Part shown: piece after piece, positions 1 through 11,619 of the stretch | Numbering within the stretch: position 1 is the stretch's first letter | How the letters are laid out: every line of letters starts with the position of its first letter | Assembly (NCBI RefSeq): GCF_000143415.4 | Contig: NW_003314266.1 | Coordinates: 2,006,463-2,070,462 of the forward strand | DNA from: Selaginella moellendorffii | Taxonomy: Eukaryota > Plantae > Lycopodiophyta | Length of the DNA: 64,000 nt | Direction of reading: 5' to 3' | The notes under the pieces: generated by a model | The model's database searches: none | The model's input: the letters and a program-made list of their open reading frames with translations, nothing else | Told to the model about the DNA's origin: nothing | Made by a program: the position numbers and the translations under genes

Positions 1-1931
1 ATATTCAATAGTGACTTTTTTCTACTACATTATGTGAATTAAAACACATGTGCACTATTAAGAGTTCTAAAGTGCCAATCCCACCAATAGTAAGAGAGCA
101 ACTCTAGGGCCACAAGGTTGCACAAATAGTCAATTTTGTAATTGTCAAAAAATGAATTCATCCATTTCATCTACTTTTAGAATCACATGTTACTGTTCTT
201 TACCCTTGTTAAACTTCCATAAGCTTGCTGCAAATAATTATCAAACAAAGCTGATGTAGTAGCAGTAGCTTAGGTGAATGGGTATTTATGATTGCATTAT
301 TTGATAAATGGATATATAGTGAAAGTAGTTTTTTTTCTTGCAAGTTTCTTATAACTGCAAGATAAATCATATAACTATTTTAATAGCATGCATAAGATTA
401 GAATGGAATCCACATACCAGTGTCAAGACCAAGTATGTAAAACCTAAGTTTCTCCATGTCTTGGTATTTTTTGAGCTTGCTGCAAATCTTGAGATTAAAA
501 ATCTTCAAACAAATACCATCAATGTGAAAAGATAATTCTCATCTCATATTGTAGTTAGTTCCTTGGCTGGCAATCCTATGATTTCTTATTTAGCCTTTTG
601 AAATGCAACAACGTACATATGACTGCTATTATCCTCTATACACATCTTTAGAGCATACTTGAACTCCATCTACATTGTCTCAAGATTGCAAGAGCTGTAA
701 AACTAGCCATCTACTGTTTAGGTAGCCTTTTGTCACATTGTTGTTCATTCATAAGATTGATATATGTTTAGTGTGGCATACAGGCTCGTGTAAATAGAAT
801 ATAATCATGCATTTGGGCATTTGGATTATATTCTAATTGCTCTTTGGCTTGTGTAGATAGAAGCAATGTCAAGTTATGTTAGTGAAAGTCAAGCTCATAT
901 ATCCAGTAATGACTATAGCCAGTAGTAGTCACTTGTTCATCCAATAACTTCATATTTACTAGTGGCCAACAAGAGGAATTCATATTTCCAAGATTTAATA
1001 AGGTACTATTGCCATTGTTGGAAAACATAGAACCTAAACCACCAGGTGATCTAAGGCAAGAAAGTAATTGATATAGAGTGACCACCACAATTCCTATGAG
1101 CCTGTTGCATGGTTGGAGCTTGTTAACAATGACATTATTCATAACCAAAAGAATTGAAAAGCAAGGTAAGGAACAATGGTCAAGAGGCATTAGAGATATT
1201 GAAGCTCTAATGAAAAAGAGGCTAAAGTTTCCATTCTCTATCTGTAGGAAATTTTGATATTTGATGGATTCTCTAACAATTTCCTCAAAAGACTTTATTC
1301 ACTAGCTAATACCTAGTTGAAAACTTGCACCCTCAAAGCTTAAATGCATTGCTCATTTTCTTGAGTCCTTTCAATTCCATATCCTTGTGATCAAGGCACT
1401 TATAAGCTTGCTTAGTCCTTGATTCCTGGACAAAGAAAACATCAATGTCTATAAAAAAATGGCAAAAGTAGCCTCTAGCTTTAGAAGGAAAACTTGTTCT
1501 TTCTTTTGAATAGAAGGTTTTAATGCAAAAGTGTTGCAAATATGATTGTAGGTATTAAAAGTTATCTATTAGCGAGTCCTTTTGGAAATTTTTTCTTTAT
1601 TACCATGACGGCAAGAGGTTGGTATTGTTGGACCCTTTATCAGCTCCACCCAAATTAATTGAGAAACTAATTTTCACATGTGCACTTGGCTAGAAGAATA
1701 TAAGGGCAAAATTCCTAAATGTTATTAATCAACTATATATGACTTAATTAGAGAAACTCATTTGTTAACTTGCACTTGCTTTTAGATTTGCTAGTAAAGC
1801 ATATATACAAAATATAAAGATTATCCTGAATACAATAATATTGTTTCCATGTCAAAATTTGAATTTTCATGATTATCCCAGAAACTAACTCTTGGGATTG
1901 GGGTTAAAGCCCAAAGCCCAAGGCATGCATC

Positions 1932-2318
1932 TGTCAAGACCCCCAACAAGATCAAGACTGGAAAATGCTAAAGACAAAGAGAAAAAGCTAGTGAAAACAA
2001 AGAAGAAGCCTTAGACTGGTGTTGATTCAGATTGTGGAGAAATGGAACAAGGCTAACCTATATATACTATAGGTTGATGAAGCTCCACCACTCTTGGATC
2101 GAGGACGGCCTAAATACAGTTGAGGTCGAGGAGGCGCCACATCATCATCAGGAATGTGGCTCGAGACTCAGGAATCGGGAAGTGTCTCGAGACTCAGGAA
2201 TCGGGAAGTGTCTCGAGAGTCAGGAATAGGGAAGTGTCTCGGGAGTCAGGAATGTGGTCTGCAGGTCAGGAATCCGGCGAGGGTCAGGAATGTGGCAAGA
2301 ATTGGGGGATTCCTGACA
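1932..2318 (-). repeat. 3' LTR of chromovirus copy 1 (387 bp), with a 26-bp tandem repeat in U3 (2161-~2255) and TATA box 2059-2066
   Basis: Direct repeat of 7146-7519; TG...CA inverted termini; adjacent purine tract on the minus strand. Confidence 0.95.
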
Positions 2319-2353
2319 GCACCCCCTCCTCAAGAACAAGTGGAACGAGGATG

Positions 2354-5300
2354 TCAACGAGAACGAAGAGGAGGATGAGATGAGCGGCGAGGGATGGGAG
2401 ATGGAGAAAAAAAATGAGGACTGGGACGAGAAGGATAGTGGCGGTGGAAGTCCTGAACAAGGTCAGGAGAATGAATCAGGTTGTCCGCAAGTTCCCAAGT
2501 GCGTTCCTCAGGTCCGTAACCCTTCCAGTCCACCAGATAGTAGAGTTTAGACCGTGAAATCTTGGAATCAAGGATGTCCTGAACCTCGTACTCAGACCCA
2601 TCCTCGAGCTGCACTGGTGGAGGCGGAGGAATGACCCGATTTGGAATAGGACTGGGAATATAAGGCTCAAGGAGAGAGGAGTGAAAAACGGGGTGAATTT
2701 GATATGAGGAGGGAAGTGCAAGGCGATAAGTGACAGGATTAATGATGGCAGTGATAGGGAAAGGACCAAGGTGTTTGAAATCGAGTTTTGGACAGGGCCT
2801 GGTGGTGGAGATATTTCACCTGAGGAGCCAGACTTTATCCCCGATATTGTAAGGGGGACAATCCTGACGATGGACATTGGCAAATGTTTTATGAGATTCC
2901 TGAGCACGATGAAGGTGGAAGGAGATGGAGTTGTGGATTTCCTGGAGGTTGGAGATAAATGCCTCAGAGTGGGGATTTGAACGAGAGGATTCAGATGGAG
3001 AAGGAAGTGAGAGATTGAATCGGGGATTTCGGCCAGAGTTCGCAAAGAAGGGGGAAACTCGAAGAGAGGAGTGAACAGAGTTGTTATAGGAGAACTCAGC
3101 AAGGGGAAGGATATCGAACCAGTTATCCTGATGATAGTTGATGAAGCACCTCAAGAATTGTTCCAACGTCTGAATCGTTCGCTCGGACTGCCCATCAGTT
3201 TGAGGATGATATGCTGAAGAGAGGTTGGCCTTCACTCCAAGCAGCTGCAAAAACCGTTGCCAGAAATGAGAGATGAACTGAGGCCCCCGATCCGAAACCA
3301 CATATGTAGGAATCCCATGAAGTCGGAAAATTTCCCTGAATACCAGTTTTGCCATGTCCTCGCCCGAAAACTCCTTGGTACATGGCAAGAAGTGCGCCAT
3401 CTTTGTGAAGCGATCCACCACGACTAAAATGCTGTTGAAGCCTCTAGAACTCGGAAGATCACTCAAGAAATCCATGGAGATGGATTCCCAAGGACCTGAA
3501 GGGACCGGAAGGGAACGAAGCAAACCTGAAGGAAGGTGGCGAGGTACCTTATTCCGGGCACAAGTGTCACAGGAGGTAACAAAAGCTTTGATGTAGTCAT
3601 CCATGTGAGGCCACCAAAAGTCCCGTGCAACTAGCTCATAGGTTTTCGCAATGCCGAAGTGACCAGCAGTCGGGCTATCGTGGCACGCCATCAGGACCAA
3701 CCTTCGAGCATCACCTTCAGGAACGTAAAGCTGCTCCCCACGGTACAATAAGCCATCTAAGAACTCGAACTCGTCAAATCGCCGGCAGTCGGGAGTCACT
3801 GGGTGTCCAGCCTGAAGATGGGGGAAAATGTCGCTAGCGAGATCATCGGATTGAAGATCGTTTCTGATTGCATCCATCAAGGAGGAGTCCTGAGGGGCCA
3901 GGGAAATTGCCATAACTTGAAGCCGATCAGGACCGAGGATAACTTGATCCTGTTGATCGAAGGCAGGATTACCAGGCCTGAGACTGAGATAGGAGCGCCT
4001 TGAAAGAGCATCAGGAAGGCCTTGAAACTTTCCAGGTCTGTACTTGATAACAAAGTCAAACCGACTCAGGAATTGTGCCCACCTTGCTTGATGACGGCTT
4101 AAAACTCGGGAAGTGGCAAAGTACTCGAGATTTTTGTGATCCGTCCAGACTGTTGTTTGATGGCTCGCCCCCTCCAAGAAACGGCGCCACTCTCCAAAGG
4201 AATCCACGATGGCAAGGAGCTCCTTGTCGTGGATTTCGTAATTGATCTCCGCAGGCTGGAATTTCCGAGAATGGAAAGCGACCGGATGAAGTTCGTGATC
4301 CGCTCCGAGTTGAAACAGCACAGCACCAATGGCAAAGTCGGAGGCGTCAGCCTCGATGAAGAAAGGTTGTGAGGAATCAGCATGGATCAAGACAGGAGCA
4401 AAACTGAAGGCCGCCTTGAGTGTGTCGAAGGCGTGCTGGGCAGCAGCAGACCAAGAGAAGGGAACATCCTTGCGAGTGAGATGTGTGAGAGGAAGGACAA
4501 TGTCAGAGTAGTGATCAATGAATTTGCGATAGAAGTTGGCGAAGCCAAGGAAAACCTGAACGTCCGACATTGATTGTGGAGGCTCCCATTCGAGAATAGT
4601 CTTGACTTTAGCAGGATCCATCGTGACACCCTCAGGAGTGACAATGTACCCAAGGAACTCCACAGACTGCTGATCAAAGGAACATTTCTCAAGCTTCGCG
4701 TATAGGCCGTGTTCTCGCAGCTTCGCTAGCACCTTGTGAACATGTTCGTCATGCTCCTCCTGAGTTGTTGAGTAGATGAGGATGTCATCAAGGTAGACGA
4801 TCACCATCTGATCAAGAAACTCCCGAAAAACGTCGTTCGCCATGTGTTGGAAAACCGCTAGAGCATTTATCAAGCCAAATGGCATGACAGTGTACTCGAA
4901 GTGGCCATAGCGGGTTCGGAACGCAGTCTTCCATTCATCACCAGGCCGGATCCGGATTAGGTTGTATGCTCCACGGAGGTCGATCTTGGTGAAGAAGCGG
5001 GCACCGCCGAGGCGTTCCAACAGGTCCGAGATCAGGGGCAGCGGATAACGGTTCCGAATAGTCACCTTGTTCAAACCTCGGTAGTCGATGACTAGCCGCA
5101 AGCTCCCATCCTTCTTCTTGACAAAGAAGACAGGCGCTCCAGCCGGGGACTGCGAATGCTGAATGTAGCCCGAGGCAAGGTTCTCATCCACGTACTCTTT
5201 GAGGGCCTTAAGCTCGGACGGGGATAACCCGTAGATAGGCCCCCACGGAGGTGACGCTCCTTCCTGTAAATCAATGGGACAATCATAAGGCCGATGAACA

Positions 5301-5491
5301 GGCAGTACACTAGCTTTTTTCTTGTCAAACACATCCCCAAAATCATGATACTTCTCAGGAAGACTGACAGGAGAAATATGTAAAGCAAAAAGAAAAAGAG
5401 GTTCTTCATGAAGGAGTTCTTTCATAGTGATTGTGGAGATAGGAGGGGGGGGTACGACTAAATGGAATGATGAGACGAGGATACTGTCCAA
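2354..5491 (-). pseudogene. pol: pol (RT-RNaseH-integrase-chromodomain) with a premature TGA at 2816-2818 before the GPF motif and chromodomain
   Basis: Motifs [40 protein letters not shown]...CDTC, ISMDF, SDRGPQF, TDGQSER; chromodomain EYEVQDILD...YYLVDWKGYGPEERTWE in the same frame after the stop. Confidence 0.95.
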
Positions 5492-6104
5492 TGTAAGATG
5501 GAAGAGAGGAAAAATAAGAGGATGAAAACTTCGTAGAGTCAGGAACAGAACCCCGACTTGAGTTTAGGGAACTTTTCCTGATTCGGACTTGATGAACACC
5601 AGGGGAAGCCGTGGGAGATGGTGATGTGGGAGAGACGAGCTGTAAGTCCTTCCAACAAATCTGAGGCTGATGTAGTTGGAACCAAGGAAGACCGAGCACT
5701 ATAGAGGAGGATTTGCTGTTGATGATGTTGAAGGCAATATCGGTGACGGTGGACCCGATGTGTACTTGAACGGGCAACATTTCCCTAAGTCCAGAAGATG
5801 GAGACACAAAATGCCCGCCGATGCCTTCAACCCTCAGATCCCGTATGGTAGGAGAAAGAGGAACGTGATGTCGGGCAGCAAAGTCCGTGTCCATGAAGCA
5901 AGAAGTTGCACCCGAGTCCAGTAGCGCCAAAGCCTTGAGTCCTGATTGTCCGGTGAAAGAAAGGAGACATGGGACGCGGAAGTTGCGGGAATTGGTGGTG
6001 GCTTTGATGAAAGGTGGTGAGGAGCTTGATAAGGAAGAAAAGTGATTTTTATTTGGGGAGTCCAAACAGACAGCTCCTACTCTGTTTGGACAGGGTCGTT
6101 TCCC
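5406..6104 (-). CDS. Aspartic protease ORF in the -1 frame relative to gag
   Basis: [13 protein letters not shown] active site and IVLGLPW motif; entered at slippery site 6098-6104. Confidence 0.85.
   Translation of the reverse strand, partial: GKRPCPNRVGAVCLDSPNKNHFSSLSSSSPPFIKATTNSRNFRVPCLLSFTGQSGLKALALLDSGATSCFMDTDFAARHHVPLSPTIRDLRVEGIGGHFVSPSSGLREMLPVQVHIGSTVTDIAFNIINSKSSSIVLGLPWFQLHQPQICWKDLQLVSPTSPSPTASPGVHQVRIRKSSLNSSRGSVPDSTKFSSSYFSSLPSYIGQYPRLIIPFSRTPPSYLHNHYERTPS
6060..6104 (-). promoter_or_regulatory. Putative -1 programmed ribosomal frameshift signal (G GGA AAC + 6-nt spacer + 11-bp stem-loop)
   Basis: Minus strand reads tcG GGA AAC gaccct GTCCAAACAGA-gtaggagctg-TCTGTTTGGAC, just before the gag TAG; -1 slip enters the protease frame. 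Confidence 0.8.
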
Positions 6105-7054
6105 GACTGCAACAAAGGTGGACTTTGAGGCAGAGTGAACTCGAGCAATCGGGGAGGCTTCCTGGGACACACAGCTGCTTTGTGATTAGGATCAGCACAG
6201 TAGAGGCAAAGATTATGAGATATTCGACGTTGCCTCTCAGCAGGACTCAACTTCCCTCTAATGAGTTAGGGAGTACCAGAAATATCCATCGGGACCGGAG
6301 CAGTAGGTTCAGGACTATGCCCCGAAGACTCAAGCTGGGATTCCTTAGTCTGGGACGGAAAAACAGCGGCGCGGCGACTTTCCTGACGACGTTCAAAGAG
6401 ACGATTGTCACATCGAACAGCTTTGTTGATGGCGTCCGACAGGTCCTTGGGATCCTCCATGGTGAGCAACAAATCCTTTACACCGTTGTTGAGGCCGAAA
6501 CGAAATTGGTCAATCAGGGTCCGCTCATCCCATTGAGTGTCCAAGGCAAGGAGTTGGAACTCTGCAGCGTAGATCGAGGCAGGACGAGACCCCTGAGAGA
6601 GACGTCTCATCTTTGTGGTAGCAGCCCGAACCCGATCCGTCTCGCCAAAACATACTTCGAGCTTCTCTTTGAACAATTGAAGATCCATCAGCTCCGGAAC
6701 CACGACCCCTTTCATGCTCTTCTCCAGAAGAGGAGAAAACCATGACAAAGCTGCACCCTCGAGCAACGTCCCAATCGCGCCGATTTGAGACTCGGGAGTG
6801 GGGTACCGCCGATGTTGAAGTGCAAAGATCAGCTCCATTTGGTTCAAAAATCCACGAAGCTCCGAACGCTTGCCTGAAAATTTCGCCGGGAAACTCACCT
6901 TCGGTTCAGGAACTTTGCTGGATCCTTGAGCCGAAAGTGAAGCAAGCTCCTGCTGCATGCGAAGAAGGGTCGCCTTCAGCTCGGTATTCTCAGACTGGAT
7001 TTTTGCAAGGACTTCGGCAAAGAAATCAGGATGGCTTGGAGACTCCATTGGCAA
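6077..7054 (-). pseudogene. gag: gag with CCHC knuckle, interrupted by a TAA at 6266-6268 (CGA in copy 2)
   Basis: PAKFSGKRSELRGF, LLEGAALSW, LSQGSRPASIYAAEF, QFRFGL, and [14 protein letters not shown] after the stop; uninterrupted 325-aa homolog at 22034-23011. Confidence 0.9.
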
Positions 7055-7128
7055 GAAGAAAGAAAAGAAAGGGGGAAAAAAACAAAGGCAATCAAATAAT
7101 CAAAACGAGCTAAAAGAAAAGCAAAAAA

Positions 7129-7143
7129 CACAATCTGAATCAA
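7129..7143 (-). promoter_or_regulatory. Self-complementary primer binding site (TTGATTCAGATTGTG), complementary to LTR nt 7236-7250
   Basis: Starts 2 nt downstream of the 5' LTR, lacks TGG; perfect 15-nt inverted match to the LTR segment ~30 nt downstream of the TATA box. Confidence 0.85.
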
Positions 7144-7145
7144 AC

Positions 7146-7519
7146 TGTCAAGACCCCCAACAAGATCAAGACTGGAAAATGCTAAAGACAAAGAGAAAAA
7201 GCTAGTGAAAACAAAGAAGAGGCCTTAGACTGGTGTTGATTCAGATTGTGAAGAAATGGAACAAGGCTAACCTATATATACTATAGGTTGATGAAGCTCC
7301 ACCACTCTTGGATCGAGGACGGCCTAAATACAGCTGAGGTCGAGGAGGCGCCACATCATCATCAGGAATGTGGCTCGAGACTCAGGAATCGGGAAGTGTC
7401 TCGAGACTCAGGAATCAAGAAGTGTCTCGAGAGTCAGGAATAGGGAAGTGTCTCGGGAGTCAAGAATGTGGTCTGCAGGTCAGGAATCTGGCGAGGGTCA
7501 GGAATGTGGCAAGAATTGC
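7146..7519 (-). repeat. 5' LTR of chromovirus copy 1 (runs into assembly gap)
   Basis: ~98% identical to 1932-2318. Confidence 0.93.
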
Positions 7520-7663
7520 NNNNNNNNNNNNNNNNNNNNNNNNNNNNNNNNNNNNNNNNNNNNNNNNNNNNNNNNNNNNNNNNNNNNNNNNNNNNNNNNN
7601 NNNNNNNNNNNNNNNNNNNNNNNNNNNNNNNNNNNNNNNNNNNNNNNNNNNNNNNNNNNNNNN
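7520..7663. other. Assembly gap (144 N) next to a poly-G tract
   Basis: Run of N. Confidence 1.
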
Positions 7664-9822
7664 CGGGGGGGGGGGGGGGGGCCAGGGGGCAGGGTTCCCA
7701 ATGTATAATAGGGATATAGGTATAGATAACCAACTTGAGGCATGGTTTAACTCTCATTTGCATATTTGTCCTTGTTCTATATCTAACTTAAATTTAAACC
7801 CAAATTTTATTATGCTAGCTAATGAAATACTCATATCCTCACATTAAGTTACTAGTATGCTGAGATAGCACCAAATTTCATTTGGCTCTATTTTATATGA
7901 TGGTCCTGGCATTAAAATGCTAGATACTCTAACATTATTTTAATGTCACTTTGTGCTCATGTCCATTTGCTCTTTGGTCTATACACTTAAACATCATTCT
8001 ATGCTCTTGTTCCTTCCCTCCTTAGGTTATATGTTTAGGAATTGCTCTATATTTCAGTTCCTTTACTCCTTGTTTGTATGTATAAAAGTTCAGCTCTATC
8101 CCTTTGTTCAGTGGCCTAAAGCATTGAAACTCAAGTTCCACTCCACTGCCCCTGGACATGTGGCCAAAGGTTTAAGTTCTGCTCCATGGTTATCCTATGG
8201 TAAATCACTATAAAATAAAAGGTGAAAATCATGTGTGCTATAAAATTTAATTTTAAAGACTTCACTATTAGTAAGGATTGTTGTTTAGAGTGAGTTACTA
8301 ATGGAATATGGCAACCAAAATTTACAATATTCTTGTTTTAATTTCACACATAAGAAAGACAAATTTGATAGCGAGTTACTAGTCTTCATCCCACTTCTAA
8401 AATAAAAATTTATTTATCTAGCATCATGACAAATTGAAGAGCTTCTTTGCCGCAATAGCATTGGAATTTAAGAGCTCTAACAATGGCAATAGAAGATAAT
8501 TACTAGGATGTGAAGATCTAGTTCCATGCTAAAGGATCTTATTGTAAACTCAATCTAGTGTGATAACATCAAAAAATTTAGCACTACTACAGCCAATGAA
8601 TATCATGGATTTTGGTATGTATCTTATTGGAATGAAATCCTAAGTAGAATTCTTTTGAATTCACTAATAAAATTCCCAAGTAGAATCCAATTAAATCAAG
8701 TCTTGACTTTGCAATGCTTATCGTTAGCATAGATAGATGCAAGAGCAGTAGATTATGCTAGAATTCTTCAGCTATGCTTGTATTTGTAACCTTCAAAGTA
8801 AATCCCCATATCCCTCTATCATATTTCATTTCATTGTATATCCATAATATTTGTGCTATTGCACTAGATTAGGGTTTCATAGGACTAGATTCTCACTTTG
8901 TCCTACTATGAAATTGTAATAATATTTAGCTCTTATATACAGCAAAAGTATTTTGTAAATAAGCAAACACTTTTCTTCTCTTCCTATAATGTAATAACAC
9001 TATATTGGATAAAAGCACACATTAATATATTACCAGCTTTATCATGAGCTCAATTGCTGTCCAATTGCCCGGACTAAGGAATAGCTATAGAGTTTAATTT
9101 GTAATGCATAAGTGGAACTAGTTCACTTAGAGAGATGCTGATTTTGAATAATTACTATGAGTTTTGTATTCTAATTTAGTGACACACAGGCTTTTTAGAG
9201 AAATGAATAGTTAATTAGCACATAAATACTAAACATATTATATCTATTTGTCTCACATATTGGACCTTGCCTCCTAAAAAATTTGTAGCTGCTACTGCTA
9301 CTTCTTAACATCATGGAGAAGGCAATAACTATTGCTAGCTTATATTAGCTAAATTTCAGAGGACAAAGAGAAAAAAGACATTATTAGCCTTAGTGTTGGT
9401 GTTGAGTTTTTTTAATCTTGATTTTGCTTATATCAAGTTCCAATAAGCATTTGGTTGATAGACATTGGTGGACACAATGATGGTCCTTTTGTAAATCTGG
9501 ATCCCACCTAGGCCTCAAGAAGCATTTTACACAAACAGTAAGCATATTTGCAAGGTTCATAATGATAATGATCTAAATGAATGTAACATTGTTACCTAGA
9601 TTGAAACTTTGTGGGGTGCCAAAACTTATAATTTCACCATTGAACAATCTATCCCAAGAATCTTAGTGTACTAGAGGTGTTCATTCTTATTGAGATAAAT
9701 GCGCCAAAAAAAGGTAAAACCAATGGGATGTGCATCTAAAGAAAAATATTTTGGAGTGAGAAAACAATCAAATAAAAAAGAAATAGTATGTGAATGGAAA
9801 CTGTAGTATATTATACTAGTTT

Positions 9823-9850
<28 letters not shown>
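9823..9850 (+). repeat. (AG)14 microsatellite
   Basis: Direct reading. Confidence 0.95.
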
Positions 9851-9854
<4 letters not shown>

Positions 9855-11119
9855 TAACCACCAATCACCATTTTATATATAGTCCTCTTGAGCGCATTAA
9901 TTTGATTTTGGAGAGTCACTAACTTTTGTGTATGACAACTTATCAACTCATTGGATTTGGATTTAATAGAATTTTATGCCTTTTATGAGGGGGTTGAGAC
10001 CTCAATGCTTAATCTCAATACCAAATTAAATCCTAGCCTTCTTGCCACTCAAGGTGATTGACTCAGGGATAAGAAGGGAGACCTACAATAGCAAAATAAA
10101 GGTTGTAAGACACAAAAGCACCTCCAAAAGCTCACCCATGGGCTTAGAAAAAAGAATATCTACTTTTTCCAAAAGTTTGACTAAACTTGTAATGCTTACT
10201 ATTATGTGCTAACACATAATTTACCATGGATGAAGCCCCTACTATGTAAACATGCTTCACACCAACTAACTAGCCTTCTCTATAAATGTAATCCAAAGCA
10301 ATAGTCCTTTCTACTTGTTTACCTAGGGGAGAGAGTAATCTTATTGTTCTATTGCCCTAAGCATCTATATATATTAAAAAGAAGAGCTTGGCCTCCTACA
10401 GCCATTCGATCCCAGACTTGGGACAGCCTTGGAAGGCATGAACATGAGGCTATCCTAGGCCTAGGCTAGGGTTAGTAGCTATGGTTTTCGGAAATATTAG
10501 CTCAATATTGTGGTGGCCAATGGGTGGCATGCATATGTGGTTGGGGAGGGAAGAGTACGTGGTGATAGCTATTACACCATGGAATTTTAGGATTCCATGG
10601 CTGCTCTACTCATAGTGCATGAGTAGAACCACATGCAAGGCTAGTGCACTAGTGACTTCCTAATCAAGAACTTCTTTAGGGCTTTATTGCTTATTAGTGA
10701 TTATGGGATTGTAGTGATGCTATAGCATTCTAGATCTAGTGCCATATTAGTAGGTGTGGCCACAAATGAGCCTACTACTTTGTGACTTTTGTGAATATGT
10801 TTGCTTCATGGATAGGCAAGCAAATACCACTTATCACATCCACCTTTGCAATCAATAATGGCAATCAGTGAGTGGTCCTTTTTTTTCTCATCTAGGTTAA
10901 CTTGATTTCTATAGCCACAACTTCCACTACTAGAATCAATCAAAATTTCATGCTTGTATATCTAGATGTATGGAATCAAAGGCTTGAATCATTTCAAGCT
11001 CATGATAGATTACACTAATGCTCTCTTGATTAGCTGATAGTCTCTACAATTCATATATAGGAGATTGAAAGCCTTGTAGCAAGGATTAGATCACAAACTT
11101 TATTAACTTATGGGACAAT

Positions 11120-11619
11120 TGTAAGCTTTTGAATTTAGACTTCCCGAGAGGCCACTCAGCCCAGTATTATTTAAACCCAAGGGTGTTTAACCCAAGTATC
11201 CCAAGATTCTTAACTGATTGAAAAAAAAGGGTGTACTCTTGTTTATAGGCCCTTTCCCTTTATATTTGAACCCTATAAATTGTCTCTTGAATTGTTATTT
11301 ACAATCTACTATGCTTCCCTGCAAGTTCACACCTTCATGAACGAAAACTGAGAATCACAACTCTCCCGAGAGCTTCTCTCTTTTGACACCCTACCCCTCG
11401 GGTCAATATGTGAAGCTAACCAGCAGAATCGAACCCAAGACCATTCCAATACCAAATATAAAGTCAATTTAGATTTCCTGGGAGGTCACTCAACCCAAGG
11501 ACATTTAACCCTAAATATCCATGACTAGAAAATGGGGTGTAATCTTGTTTATAGTCCTTTTTCTTTTATATTTAAACCCTATAGATTATCTTTCAAGTCA
11601 TTCTCTTTAGTTGTTTACA
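11120..11619 (-). mobile_element. Degenerate TRIM with 5S-rRNA-like sequence in its LTRs (Cassandra-like)
   Basis: Direct repeats 11120-11303 (TGTAAG...TTACA) and ~11457-11619 (TATAAA...TTACA) around a ~150-bp core. Minus-strand TGGTATTGGA PBS-like motif beside the 5' LTR. LTRs contain GACTTCCCGAGAGGCCACTCAGCCCAGTATTAT...CCCAAG...TTAAC, resembling antisense 5S box C/box A. Confidence 0.6.

Larger units (their letters stand above)
1932..7519 (-). mobile_element. Ty3/gypsy chromovirus LTR retrotransposon, copy 1 (Tcn1/Tf1-like), near full length; 5' LTR end lost in N gap
   Basis: LTRs 1932-2318 and 7146->7519 (TGTCA...TGACA; 7 transitions in ~370 nt), PPT 2319-2332, and gag-PR-RT-RH-IN-chromodomain order. 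Confidence 0.97.
1532..8242 (+). mobile_element. Decayed solo LTR of the same family as the 13855-26318 element, split by chromovirus copy 1 (pieces ~1532-1931 and ~7664-8242)
   Basis: Pieces align by eye to LTR 13855-15009: start TGTTGCAAATATG~TGTCACGAATGTG, GGTATTGTTGGACCC, GGGGTTAAAGCCCAAAG, poly-G then GGGTTCCCAATGTATA, and end TATCCTATGGTAAATCAC...GTGCTATA. No clean TSD. Confidence 0.75.

Noticed and set aside
2161-2260. 26-bp repeats as a CRISPR array
   Set aside because: Head-to-tail with no spacers, inside a eukaryotic LTR.
6014-6745. 243-aa antisense ORF in gag (also 22082-22702)
   Set aside because: Non-ATG start, different ends in the two copies, explained by gag codon constraints.
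7368-7847. ORFs spanning the N run
   Set aside because: Artefacts of the assembly gap.
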